From a virus: a DNA stretch of 64,000 nucleotides. Location of the stretch: the IMG/VR virus record IMGVR_UViG_3300042867_001113; one strand, written 5' to 3'. Each line of letters begins with the position of its first letter. The first letter of the stretch is position 1. Shown here piece after piece: positions 9,406 to 18,078 of the stretch. The position numbers and the translations under genes were made by a program. The notes under the pieces were generated by a model. That model ran no database searches. It saw only the letters and a program-made list of their open reading frames with translations, and had not been told where the DNA came from.

Positions 9406-9993
9406 TCAGATGGACGTTACCAGTTTTCGTTCAGGAGTCTGCTGCGTCGTGCGGCGGAGGGTACACTTGAATCCGACGAAGGACGGGTTGTCAAACAGCG
9501 TTCCGTCCTCTTGGACGTCGATGATGGAGAAGTAGAGGCCTGCCCCAGGAATGTTGAAACCGTCCACCGCGAATTCGGTGTTGTAGTAGGGGGTGTCCCA
9601 CACGCGAACGATGTCCGACTCGCTCGGCGCAAGCATGTTCACGCGCTCGCACTCCGACCGAGGCAACCACAGCTCGCCGTCGAACGATGAGGACAGGCCC
9701 TCCATCGCCACGCCGGTCGTCTTGGCGAGAGTGACGAACGCCTTGAGCAGGTAGGGGCCCAACCAAGCCCGCTTCACCGGCTCGTTGTAGACAGGGTCCA
9801 CGATCGACTGCGAGATGTTCTGCGTGTAGTAGGCGATCGACGTGCCGATGATGTTGACGTGCTCGCTCGTGATGCAGTCGAACAGCGCCCGCTCGCAGTC
9901 ACCGAGGGCGAAAGTCTCGCAGTCGCCCATCGGACGCACCGGCATCGTCGGTTGAGGGCAGAGGTAGTCCGAGATCGATTTACACTTGCTCAC
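9406..9993 (-). CDS. Neck/head-completion protein (T4 gp14-like)
   Basis: E.VNIIGTSIAYY...DPVYNEP pattern; GTG start with GGAGG RBS; follows gp13-like gene. Confidence 0.7.
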   Translation of the reverse strand: MSKCKSISDYLCPQPTMPVRPMGDCETFALGDCERALFDCITSEHVNIIGTSIAYYTQNISQSIVDPVYNEPVKRAWLGPYLLKAFVTLAKTTGVAMEGLSSSFDGELWLPRSECERVNMLAPSESDIVRVWDTPYYNTEFAVDGFNIPGAGLYFSIIDVQEDGTLFDNPSFVGFKCTLRRTTQQTPERKLVTSI

Positions 9994-10025
9994 AAGACCT
10001 CCCTCCGGACCATATGGACCCGACG

Positions 10026-10898
10026 TTACGGTCGGGTCTTCCGCAGGCAGAGTACGACCATCGGGTCGTCTCGCAAGGCGTGCGGCGACAACACTCGAAA
10101 GTCCGTCTCGCAGAGGATGTGGAAGGTCCACCCTCGTTGGAGGCAGTACGCCTCCGCCGCCTTGTACTTGGCAGAGTTGACTTCCGCTGACTGTTCAGCA
10201 TGCCACTGAGACTTGATCTCGTACAGGTCCGTGCCGAGCAGGTAGTCCGGCGTGTAGTGACGAGCGACCCCTGCGAAGACGTAGGGGATTCGCACGGGCT
10301 CCACGCGAACCGATAAGATGTCGGCACCTAAGTTCTCTAGGTGCTTGAGAAAAGAGTATTCATAAGAGCTGCGAAATCGCAGGTTTTGGTAGCGACCTTG
10401 GATGCCTCTTCCTCCTGCACCGTCGTACACTTTCCCGTACGCCGGGTTACCAGACCCTGAAACACGTTGAGCGATGCGATCCTTCAGAAAACCGGCGCGT
10501 GATCCGTAGCGCTCCTCGTATGAGCGGCCTTTGGTTCGCGCACTTGATCGCTTTCCTGAGTCGGCCTTCCTCGATGGAGTCCACGCGACCTGCTGCTTTG
10601 CACGGGATGCGTCGCTGTGGGTCTTTCCGAAGAAAGAGTTGTGCTCTCCACTCATATCGCGGCGCGTCTCCATCCCCTGTAGGAGTCGCTGACGTATCTC
10701 CGAGGTAGACATCGCGTCTGCCGTTCGTTGAGAAACTCGGTCCCGGTAACTTTGCGACGTCAAAGGGGCCGATGGATGCTCTCGGCGATAGTCGGCGACC
10801 GAGGTGGCGTGGGAGCGCAGGTGTGGGGATACAGCATGGACCCTCTGACCGCATATCAGACACGGTATCCTATCGTCAGAGAGATCCGAGGATTCCAT
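10026..10898 (-). CDS. Free-standing putative homing endonuclease: Zn finger + NUMOD3-like repeats + TnsA-N/PD-(D/E)xK nuclease
   Basis: CLICG..HLRSH; SGEHNSFFGKTHS and SGSGNPAYGK; FRSSYE...EP.RIPY...YTPDYL...YEIKS; AT-richer codons. Confidence 0.8.
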   Translation of the reverse strand: MESSDLSDDRIPCLICGQRVHAVSPHLRSHATSVADYRREHPSAPLTSQSYRDRVSQRTADAMSTSEIRQRLLQGMETRRDMSGEHNSFFGKTHSDASRAKQQVAWTPSRKADSGKRSSARTKGRSYEERYGSRAGFLKDRIAQRVSGSGNPAYGKVYDGAGGRGIQGRYQNLRFRSSYEYSFLKHLENLGADILSVRVEPVRIPYVFAGVARHYTPDYLLGTDLYEIKSQWHAEQSAEVNSAKYKAAEAYCLQRGWTFHILCETDFRVLSPHALRDDPMVVLCLRKTRP

Positions 10899-11778
10899 GC
10901 AGGTGCCCGAGCATGTCGTGATTCAGGATGCAAGTCAAAAAACTGCCAACGATGAACCCAATGGGCATCGCGCTCTGGCCAATCTCCTCTTCGAGAATCT
11001 GCACCTCGCTATCAGCCTCGCCGAGAAGCACGCCTCCGTCGAGACCCGTCGATCCACCCGCTGTCGGGTACGAGTCGTACTTCGACCGGATGCGTCCGAG
11101 GTCTCGCTTCGCCATTGCCAGTGCGTAGCGACGAACGAGGTCGAAGTCCCTCTGCTTCAGGTCGGTGATGCAGAACGAATTTGCTGTGTAGTAGACGAGC
11201 GCCTTGGGCGTCGTCGGAGACAGGCGCGTCGGCAGGATGTAGAGCTTCGTGTTCTCCTGCCGCCACTCTGGATCGGCTCCAAGGACACGCTGGGCGGTCT
11301 GGGTGTACTGCTGGACCTGCAGCAAACTGGAGATGGGCCCGCCCGTCTCACCGCCTCCACCAACCCCGATGCCGAATCCACCGCCGTAGGCGAGGGGGAC
11401 GCCCAGATTCTCGTTCGGCCATGCCCAAGCCCACGGGGAGGCGAGGGGGTTCATGTCGTAGTTGGAAAACGGGAAGACCACGTCCGTGACGACGTCAACG
11501 TCGCTCGGGAGGCAGTACTCCACGACGTTCGGGATGAGCTGCAGGTCGTAGTTCTTGATGTACCCCTTCTTTGCCGCGAACCAACGAAGCGCCTGCCCGA
11601 TGTCGTCCATCAGGTGCGCTTCAGTCAGCTCGATTTTGAGGAGGGGAGCACCGAGACGCCGTAGAATCCACAGCGCCATGTCGTCCGCGTCAACCTTCGT
11701 CGACGGCGAGATCCCACAGCTGCTGATGCTGATGCCGGTGCCTCCGCCGCCGCCACACCCACCACAGTCGTCAGCCAT
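10876..11778 (-). CDS. Neck protein (T4 gp13-like)
   Basis: WILRRLGAPLLKIEL; VRRYALAMAKRDLGRIRSKY..P..GG...LDG; C-terminal PIGFIVG. Confidence 0.88.
   Translation of the reverse strand: MADDCGGCGGGGGTGISISSCGISPSTKVDADDMALWILRRLGAPLLKIELTEAHLMDDIGQALRWFAAKKGYIKNYDLQLIPNVVEYCLPSDVDVVTDVVFPFSNYDMNPLASPWAWAWPNENLGVPLAYGGGFGIGVGGGGETGGPISSLLQVQQYTQTAQRVLGADPEWRQENTKLYILPTRLSPTTPKALVYYTANSFCITDLKQRDFDLVRRYALAMAKRDLGRIRSKYDSYPTAGGSTGLDGGVLLGEADSEVQILEEEIGQSAMPIGFIVGSFLTCILNHDMLGHLHGILGSL
10910..10938 (-). promoter_or_regulatory. Candidate sigma70-like promoter for the endonuclease
   Basis: TTGACT-17 nt-CATGCT just upstream of ATG 10898. Confidence 0.4.
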
Positions 11779-11795
11779 GAGGTCTCCTTCAGTGC

Positions 11796-12230
11796 CTATG
11801 CTTCAGGCGTGGGCTTCACCTTACGCGGTCGGCCTCCCTTGTTCTTCGCAGGCGCGGGAGGCGTACCCTCGATCATCGTATCGTTCGGCGACGGGTTTGC
11901 CGAATTGCTTTCGAGTTGAGTCGGGACGGTTTCAGCGGAAGCAGGCTCAGGCGGCACAGGATCAGTTGTGACGGGCACAGACTCGTCGACCGGCACAGTC
12001 TCGCGGGCAGCGATGGCGAGGGCATCGTGGAGGGCTGGAACGGCGGCTGCCGCTGGGAGAGACTGGTAGACCGGCTTCACTTCCACAGCCCCGATCTCGT
12101 GCAGCAGATGTGGCGCAAAGTGCTGGTACTGGTCACCCTCAAGGATGTCGACGTCGTGGACACGACCGTGACCGGGGACGATGACAACGGAAAGGTGAGG
12201 GTTTTTCCGAAAACGGCGAATGGTGGTCAT
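11796..12230 (-). CDS. Hypothetical protein with C-terminal AT-hook-like motif
   Basis: KNKGGRPRKVK; Pro-rich linker; start overlaps upstream stop. Confidence 0.6.
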   Translation of the reverse strand: MTTIRRFRKNPHLSVVIVPGHGRVHDVDILEGDQYQHFAPHLLHEIGAVEVKPVYQSLPAAAAVPALHDALAIAARETVPVDESVPVTTDPVPPEPASAETVPTQLESNSANPSPNDTMIEGTPPAPAKNKGGRPRKVKPTPEA

Positions 12231-12799
12231 GATTCCTCGTTGATGCTGCTTGCAACCGCCAGAAGCGAGTCGCGGAGGTCGGCGACACAAGCTTCCAACA
12301 AGTCGAGGCGGGCGAAAGCCTCCTTGAGCCTCCGCGCCGTGTGCGAGGATGAAGATGGCGCAGCGCGGATCCTCGGCTCGCGTGGGGGCGAGACAGGTTC
12401 GGGGATCGCCTCTGCCACTTCTGGAAGATCCTCCTCGTCTTCCTCCTCGTCCTCGTCTTCCTCGTCCTCCGCGTCTTCCGCGTCTTCCTCCTCGGCGTCG
12501 TCTTCGTCCCGCTCAAAAGCAGATCTCAGCTCCGAGTACGACGGCGAGATGGCACCTGTCGTCATCTCGGAGAGGGCTCGGATCTTCGCTTCGACGTCTT
12601 CGTCCACCGGGATGACGGCTTCGTCCGGAGAGAGCGATGGAGTTGGCACAGGGGGTGGCGCAAGGTCGGGCAGGAGCGGGAGCGTGGTGGTGCCTGCGTC
12701 CTGCTTGGGGGCTACCGGCAGAGTGACGGGGGGACCGGGCCGAAACACCGCCCCCAGCGCACCAAGTTCCGCCATCACGCTGTTCAGGCGACCGGTCAT
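12227..12799 (-). CDS. Acidic low-complexity hypothetical protein
   Basis: Poly-D/E tract; GGGAGGAG RBS. Confidence 0.65.
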   Translation of the reverse strand: MTGRLNSVMAELGALGAVFRPGPPVTLPVAPKQDAGTTTLPLLPDLAPPPVPTPSLSPDEAVIPVDEDVEAKIRALSEMTTGAISPSYSELRSAFERDEDDAEEEDAEDAEDEEDEDEEEDEEDLPEVAEAIPEPVSPPREPRIRAAPSSSSHTARRLKEAFARLDLLEACVADLRDSLLAVASSINEES

Positions 12800-12855
12800 A
12801 GTTTGCTCCTCCCGCACTCATCGCGTGAGGCGCACATAAAGTCAACACGCCGCAA

Positions 12856-12883
12856 AGAAAAACGACCCCGTGAGGGGCCGTTC
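12856..12883 (-). terminator. Intrinsic terminator after major capsid gene
   Basis: AACGGCCCC-TCAC-GGGGTCGTT followed by TTTCTTT. Confidence 0.75.
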
Positions 12884-12952
12884 TTCAGCAGATGCCGATC
12901 TCTCGGCAGGGTCGTAGTGTGCAGCAACCTAAGTTAGATTGCTAGGGTCCGG

Positions 12953-14449
12953 TCACAAATTCGTGACGCGCATCTGGCCGTAGTATTCCGGGCGAAGAAG
13001 CTTCTTCGCGTAGCGGGTACGCATCGCCTTGCGGAGCGAGAAGTCGTTCGGATCGAGGAAGGTCTGGGTGACCTGCAGGGGGATGTACGGGGCCCAGACG
13101 TATCCGGCGTCGAGGAAGCTGCCGCCCTTGAGGCCGATCAGCATCTGGTCGCGCTGGAAGAAGGGGTCTTCGTAGACCATCCACTTGTTCTGCAAGGTGC
13201 CGACCTTGTAGATGCCGAACTGACCCTGCGAGGACAGGGGGCGGGGCATGTCCATCGGGCCGTATGGGGACTCAGCGCCTGAGACGTAGGCCGCGCGGAA
13301 GTCACCGTGCGTGGTGAGCTGCGCGAGCAAGGCGCTCACGTCGGGGCTCGTCACGATGAAGTTCGCGGGCGCACGCAGGGTCTTCTTGTGGATCTGGTTC
13401 GAGACGGTCGAGATGACCGTGAGCATCGAACGCAGGTGGTCGAGTTCGCTGATGCCAGCCGGGGGCACGCGGTCGAACGAGCCAGTCGTCGACGTCGAGT
13501 TCTGGAAGAGGTCGTCGATGATCTCGCGATCGATTTCGAGGGCCATTTCCTGAGCGACGGCGCTGACGATCTCGGTCTCGGCGTCGATGCCGTGGAAGGC
13601 GCGGAGGTCTTCAGCGGCTTCGCTGGACCACAGAGCCTTGAGGCGGCGAGGCTGAGCTTCGACCGGAGCCTTCTTCACGTCGAGCTTCATCGACGGGATC
13701 TTGGTGTTCAGTTCGCCGTCGTAGACGTAGAACGCCTTGATCTGGTTGCCCAGACCGCACGCAACGGTGAACCGGAAGCCGGAGATGGCACCGTTCGCGT
13801 AGTTGATGGCACCCGAGAGCACGTTGCCAGTGAAGCCACCGGCACCGTCATCGGTCGCCTGCTGGACAACGGCACCCGTGGTGACGTTGAACTCGCGGAC
13901 GATGGTGGCGAAGCCATTCGAGGCGTTCAGCGGACGAACCGGGTTGAACGACAGGGTGGACGAGAGCGGAGCGCCAGCGCCGCCGAAGTCAGCGCCGTTG
14001 CCGGTGCCGAGGATCTCACCGTCGATCTTCTCCGACGTGTAGTTGCGATCGAAGTCGCGCGGGAAGACCTGACCACGCTGGGTCGGGGCCTTGTTGGTGT
14101 CGTAGACGTAGTCGAGGAAGAACACAGCGCCGACCGAGGCCGTCATCGGCTGCACGGACACGATGTCGTGGGCGATGAGGTTCGGGAACACGCGACGGAG
14201 GACGGGGAAGATGAACTTCGTGAACGAGCCGACGTTCACGAGGCGAGTCTCTTCTTCGAGGCTCTGGAGATGCTGCGACTCGTTCTCCATCAGCACGGCA
14301 GTGACGCCGAGGACGTAGCGATCACGCTCCGTTCGGTCGGGCATGCCTTCCAGCAAGTCCTTCCACTTGCGAACAAGGGCACCGACGTAGGTCTTGTCGG
14401 CGATCGTGCGGGTCGAACCTTCGAGAACCATGTTGCGAGCTTCCATCAC
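12953..14449 (-). CDS. Major capsid protein (T4 gp23 family)
   Basis: RRVFPNLIAHDIVSVQPMT; RRLKALWSSEAAEDLRAFHGIDAE; EIDREII; DAGYVWAPYIPL; MRTRY. Confidence 0.97.
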   Translation of the reverse strand: MMEARNMVLEGSTRTIADKTYVGALVRKWKDLLEGMPDRTERDRYVLGVTAVLMENESQHLQSLEEETRLVNVGSFTKFIFPVLRRVFPNLIAHDIVSVQPMTASVGAVFFLDYVYDTNKAPTQRGQVFPRDFDRNYTSEKIDGEILGTGNGADFGGAGAPLSSTLSFNPVRPLNASNGFATIVREFNVTTGAVVQQATDDGAGGFTGNVLSGAINYANGAISGFRFTVACGLGNQIKAFYVYDGELNTKIPSMKLDVKKAPVEAQPRRLKALWSSEAAEDLRAFHGIDAETEIVSAVAQEMALEIDREIIDDLFQNSTSTTGSFDRVPPAGISELDHLRSMLTVISTVSNQIHKKTLRAPANFIVTSPDVSALLAQLTTHGDFRAAYVSGAESPYGPMDMPRPLSSQGQFGIYKVGTLQNKWMVYEDPFFQRDQMLIGLKGGSFLDAGYVWAPYIPLQVTQTFLDPNDFSLRKAMRTRYAKKLLRPEYYGQMRVTNL

Positions 14450-14510
14450 ACTCTCCTTCGGGGGTTGAGCGGCTACACCGCCACTCTACAGATTGAACTC
14501 TAGCTGAACT

Positions 14511-16175
14511 TCAGCCTTTGATACCAGCCAAAGCGCGAACTCGATCGAGGCTGATTCCGAGACCCTGCCAGTTTTGGCCTTCGGCCATGGTCCGGCGGGT
14601 CCGGGGAGATTCGGTCTCTTCCGAGATTTCCGTGGGCGCGCGCTCGACGCCGCCGTTCATACGGCCACGGATGCGAGCACGAACCGACTGGAGGTCGTCC
14701 TCGTCACGCTCGACTTCGCGCTCGCTCTCCACGAGGGAGTCGACCGCTCGGCGGGAGGCCGGACGGGTGCTCTCCACGAGACCTCGGATCTTGGTCGCCT
14801 TCGGATGGTTGGCAAGGCGCTCCTCTGCATAGAGGCGCGTCTCCAGTTCCTTCGAGGCACGCTTGGCTTCAGCGAGGTCGTCTTCCAACTCCAAGCGGAG
14901 GGCCTTCTCGTTGGCCATCTTCTTTTCCATCGCAGCCAGCTTGGACTCGACAGCGTCGCGCTGCTTCCGCTCGACCTTCCGAGCTTCTGCGACTTCCTTG
15001 GCCTTGGATTCCTGTTCAGCTTTCTTTGCCTCGGTCTTGCGGCCCATCTCAGCCTTGACCTCGTTGACACGCTGCTTGAGCGCGTCCGAACTCTCAAAGC
15101 TCTTGAGGTCGCCGACAAGGGTTCGGATGGAGTCAGCGTCGGGATCGTTGGCAACCATCTTCTCAAGATAGAAGCAGTAGCCGACCTCTTTGGCCATCTC
15201 AGCGAGAGCCGTGTTCTCTGACTCCAGATCCTTCAGCTTGAGGTCGCGTTCCGCCAGCTGCTTCTGCAAGTCGCGAATTTCGACGTCCTTGACGCGAACG
15301 ACCTCAGCAGCATCCTCGGGGAGGAGATACGGACGGAGGACACCACGCAGAGCTTCCAGCACGGCTTTGGCCTTGCCGATCTCTGGGTCTTCCATCATCT
15401 CCTTCCGCAACTCATCGCGAACTGCGGCACGGACGGTCGAGAGGTTGTCGAGAATCGCCTTGGCGAAGTCGTCACGGACGTCGCGCGAGCTGGAACCCTG
15501 CTTGGCTCCCATCTCACCCTCGATGCGGCGGGCAAACTCTTGGGCCTTCGCCGCATCGCCTTCAAGGGGCGCTTTCTTGCTGACCATCTCAGCTTCGATG
15601 CGCCGAGCGAACTCAATCGCCTTCTCCTGTTCAGCATCAGCATCGAACTCCACACCCTCGAACAGGGAGCGGCTTTCGCCCATCACTGGGTAGGCGTCTT
15701 GGTCAGCCGGGTCTGCGACGAAGTCGAAGGTGACCAGCTTGTAGTCATCCTGCACGATGTCGTTCCCGCTCTCGTTGGTCTTGACGCTGCCGAAGCCACG
15801 GCTGGAAACGCCAACGGGGACGTTCGACTTGAGGAGCGCGAGAAGGTTCTTCCCCGCCTCGGTCGGCATGATCTCGGCCTCACCAATCACGAGCCCGTCC
15901 TTGACGGAGAGGTCCGTGATGATGTGCGAGACGCGGGACAGCTTGGTCTGACCGTCGCTGGGGTGATCGATCTCACCCATGACGCGGCGTTCCTTGAGCG
16001 CCTTGCCGAGCCGCTTCAGCTCCTTCTCCCAAACGCCTTTCGGGTAGACGCGCTTGTTCTCAGTGGCGATGCCGCACTTGGCAAACTCACCTCGAACTTT
16101 GACGCGACCACCTTCGCCTCCCTCGGCAAGAGAGAGGCGCACAATGGAAACGTCGCTCAGAAGTGGCTTGGTCAT
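14511..16175 (-). CDS. Prohead protease (T4 gp21 family) fused to coiled-coil scaffold domain
   Basis: NKRVYP, GEIDHP, VSHII, VGVSSRGFGS, LVTFDFVADP; followed by about 380 aa of charged coiled coil. Confidence 0.93.
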   Translation of the reverse strand: MTKPLLSDVSIVRLSLAEGGEGGRVKVRGEFAKCGIATENKRVYPKGVWEKELKRLGKALKERRVMGEIDHPSDGQTKLSRVSHIITDLSVKDGLVIGEAEIMPTEAGKNLLALLKSNVPVGVSSRGFGSVKTNESGNDIVQDDYKLVTFDFVADPADQDAYPVMGESRSLFEGVEFDADAEQEKAIEFARRIEAEMVSKKAPLEGDAAKAQEFARRIEGEMGAKQGSSSRDVRDDFAKAILDNLSTVRAAVRDELRKEMMEDPEIGKAKAVLEALRGVLRPYLLPEDAAEVVRVKDVEIRDLQKQLAERDLKLKDLESENTALAEMAKEVGYCFYLEKMVANDPDADSIRTLVGDLKSFESSDALKQRVNEVKAEMGRKTEAKKAEQESKAKEVAEARKVERKQRDAVESKLAAMEKKMANEKALRLELEDDLAEAKRASKELETRLYAEERLANHPKATKIRGLVESTRPASRRAVDSLVESEREVERDEDDLQSVRARIRGRMNGGVERAPTEISEETESPRTRRTMAEGQNWQGLGISLDRVRALAGIKG

Positions 16176-16176
16176 G

Positions 16177-16380
16177 TCAGTACCGTCTCCAGCGGAAGTT
16201 GCTTCGGAAGGGGGTCCGCGCCAGCTGGCCGGATTCCTTCTTCTTCACCTTCCGTGTTTTGCGTCGAAAGGGGTTCAGGTCTCGTTTTTCAGCACCGATC
16301 AGCTCACGTCTCCCGCTGGAGTACGAGGCGCGGCGATTCCGCCATGCCTCCTCCGTCGAGGACGAGTTCAGTCGTTTCCC
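16177..16380 (-). CDS. Putative -1 frameshift extension of the 16368-17042 protein (basic, about 65 aa)
   Basis: G GGA AAC at 16380-16374; -1 frame is open to TGA 16179-16177, 1 nt before protease ATG, and has no early start codon of its own. Confidence 0.6.
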   Translation of the reverse strand, partial: GKRLNSSSTEEAWRNRRASYSSGRRELIGAEKRDLNPFRRKTRKVKKKESGQLARTPFRSNFRWRRY

Positions 16381-17042
16381 GAAGTCTCTTCGACCTCTTC
16401 TTCGTCTTCGTTGTTGTCCTCGTAGAGGTCAACGGCGTCGAGAATGGTCTCCATCCCTTCGGCAAAGGCAGCAGCGACGTCCTCAGCGGACTCATCGAGC
16501 CGACCTTCGCTCATCGCGGTGGCGATGTCGGCGAAAGATTCGGCGATCTCGCCGAGCTGGCCCGCCAGACCGGCGAACATGCGCTCGTCGGCAGCCTCAT
16601 ACTCATCAGCCTTCACCCACTCGGTGAAGATGCCAGCGAGCTTGTCGGCGATGATGGCCGCGTTGGCGAACGACTTGAGGGTCTCGTTGGCGTCGACCGC
16701 TTCTTGGCGGGTGCCCTTCGAGATGGCCTTGCGCTTGACCATCGCTGCACGGCGCATTCCTTTGCTCGTGCTCGCTTTCTTTTCGCTCCTCTTCGCCGAA
16801 CGACGACCTTCAGCGGAACGCTTATACTTCTTGCCCGCCATCCGTTCTGCCGTGGACGTCTTCTGCTGCTTGACCTTCTTGCCGCCGCGCAGGGCGTAGC
16901 GGATGCGACCAGCCTCGTCGAGCACCTCTTCTTCTTCCTCCTTCGGAGCTGAAGCCGGAGCCGAAGCCTGAACAGACTCACGGATGAGCCCGATCTTGCG
17001 GAAGTCTTCTTCAAGGGTGGTGACAACGATCGGGTTTCGCAT
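16368..17042 (-). CDS. Putative prohead core protein (gp67/gp68-like position)
   Basis: Between portal and protease; alternating acidic and K/R-rich blocks, several LxE motifs. Confidence 0.65.
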   Translation of the reverse strand: MRNPIVVTTLEEDFRKIGLIRESVQASAPASAPKEEEEEVLDEAGRIRYALRGGKKVKQQKTSTAERMAGKKYKRSAEGRRSAKRSEKKASTSKGMRRAAMVKRKAISKGTRQEAVDANETLKSFANAAIIADKLAGIFTEWVKADEYEAADERMFAGLAGQLGEIAESFADIATAMSEGRLDESAEDVAAAFAEGMETILDAVDLYEDNNEDEEEVEETSGND

Positions 17043-17062
17043 CGGAACTTCTCCTCAAGGCG

Positions 17063-17983
17063 TCAAGTGAGACGCACAACTGTTTTCGCCACGAAGGCAC
17101 CGGCAACCTCGAATGAGGTTACTTCGGAAGCTACAGAATCGAACACCTTGGCAATCCGGTCAACAGAACCGAACTCAGCCACAGCCTCAACCACGAACTC
17201 TCGCACTTGAGTCACATCAGAAAGAAGGTCTGACGCGAACGCCTCCAGAGAGGTGATCGCCTCTTCCCCGCCTTCCTGAATCGCCCGCTCGCGAACGAGG
17301 CGGATAGCATGCAATGCCGATGTCGTGCTCGCTTCGACCGCCGACAGGCGGGAAATGAGGTGGGCAACGTCGTCTTGGACGAGGGCCTTGAAGGTGTCCA
17401 TCTCAGCTTTTGCGGTGGACCCGTCGTAGAGCCGCTTGAACTTCGCGGAAAGCGGAGCCGGGAGCTTGTCCTCACCGAGGAACTTCTGAACCTTGTCAGC
17501 ACGCTCGCTCAACGTGGTCTTCCACAGAAGACCTTCACGACTCTCCGCAAAGGACTTCAGGATGTCTTCGTCCGTCACGGACGAAGCTTGATCCACCAAC
17601 GGGGCAAGTGCCACGATTTTTTCGTTGGCTTGGTCGACGAGCCCGCGCAGGAACAGGTCAGCTGCAGCCCGCGCTTCCTGCCGGATGAACCGATGCAGGT
17701 TCTTCTCAGTCACAACCGTGAGGTCGATGTCACTCGTCCCGGTGAAGTACACCTCACCTGACTCGCTCAAAGCATACTTGACCCGGACCAACTCAGCCTC
17801 GCCGACGAGGGCAACAGCGAAGCTTGGGAAAACTCCAAGCAGCTGGGCTGACTGTCCTGCAAAAAGATTGGAAGCTTCAGTGCGAAGGGCTGAAGTGACC
17901 CGAGCAGTCGTGTCCTGAAAAGAACCTGCCAAAAGTTGGGCAAGTTCACTCGAAGGAACAAAAGGAAGGACGCTGCGGGTCAT
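17063..17983 (-). CDS. Hypothetical head-morphogenesis protein
   Basis: 306-aa helical-looking ORF in head cluster. Confidence 0.6.
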   Translation of the reverse strand: MTRSVLPFVPSSELAQLLAGSFQDTTARVTSALRTEASNLFAGQSAQLLGVFPSFAVALVGEAELVRVKYALSESGEVYFTGTSDIDLTVVTEKNLHRFIRQEARAAADLFLRGLVDQANEKIVALAPLVDQASSVTDEDILKSFAESREGLLWKTTLSERADKVQKFLGEDKLPAPLSAKFKRLYDGSTAKAEMDTFKALVQDDVAHLISRLSAVEASTTSALHAIRLVRERAIQEGGEEAITSLEAFASDLLSDVTQVREFVVEAVAEFGSVDRIAKVFDSVASEVTSFEVAGAFVAKTVVRLT

Positions 17984-17992
17984 TTGGGCCTC

Positions 17993-18021
17993 ACGCTATC
18001 GGGGGACGGAAGGGGCGTCAA
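17993..18021 (-). promoter_or_regulatory. Candidate sigma70-like promoter
   Basis: TTGACG-17 nt-TAGCGT in intergenic gap upstream of 17983. Confidence 0.5.
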
Positions 18022-18078
18022 GGAACCGCGCGCTTCCGAAAGGAGTTTCAGGGCGGTTTTGCCCTGCAAGCGGAAACC

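Noticed and set aside
16304-16345. Short ORF MAESPRLVLQRET with GGAGG RBS in the gap before the protease
   Set aside because: Only 13 codons and leaves most of the gap unexplained; the -1 frameshift frame fits better, though this ORF is not formally excluded
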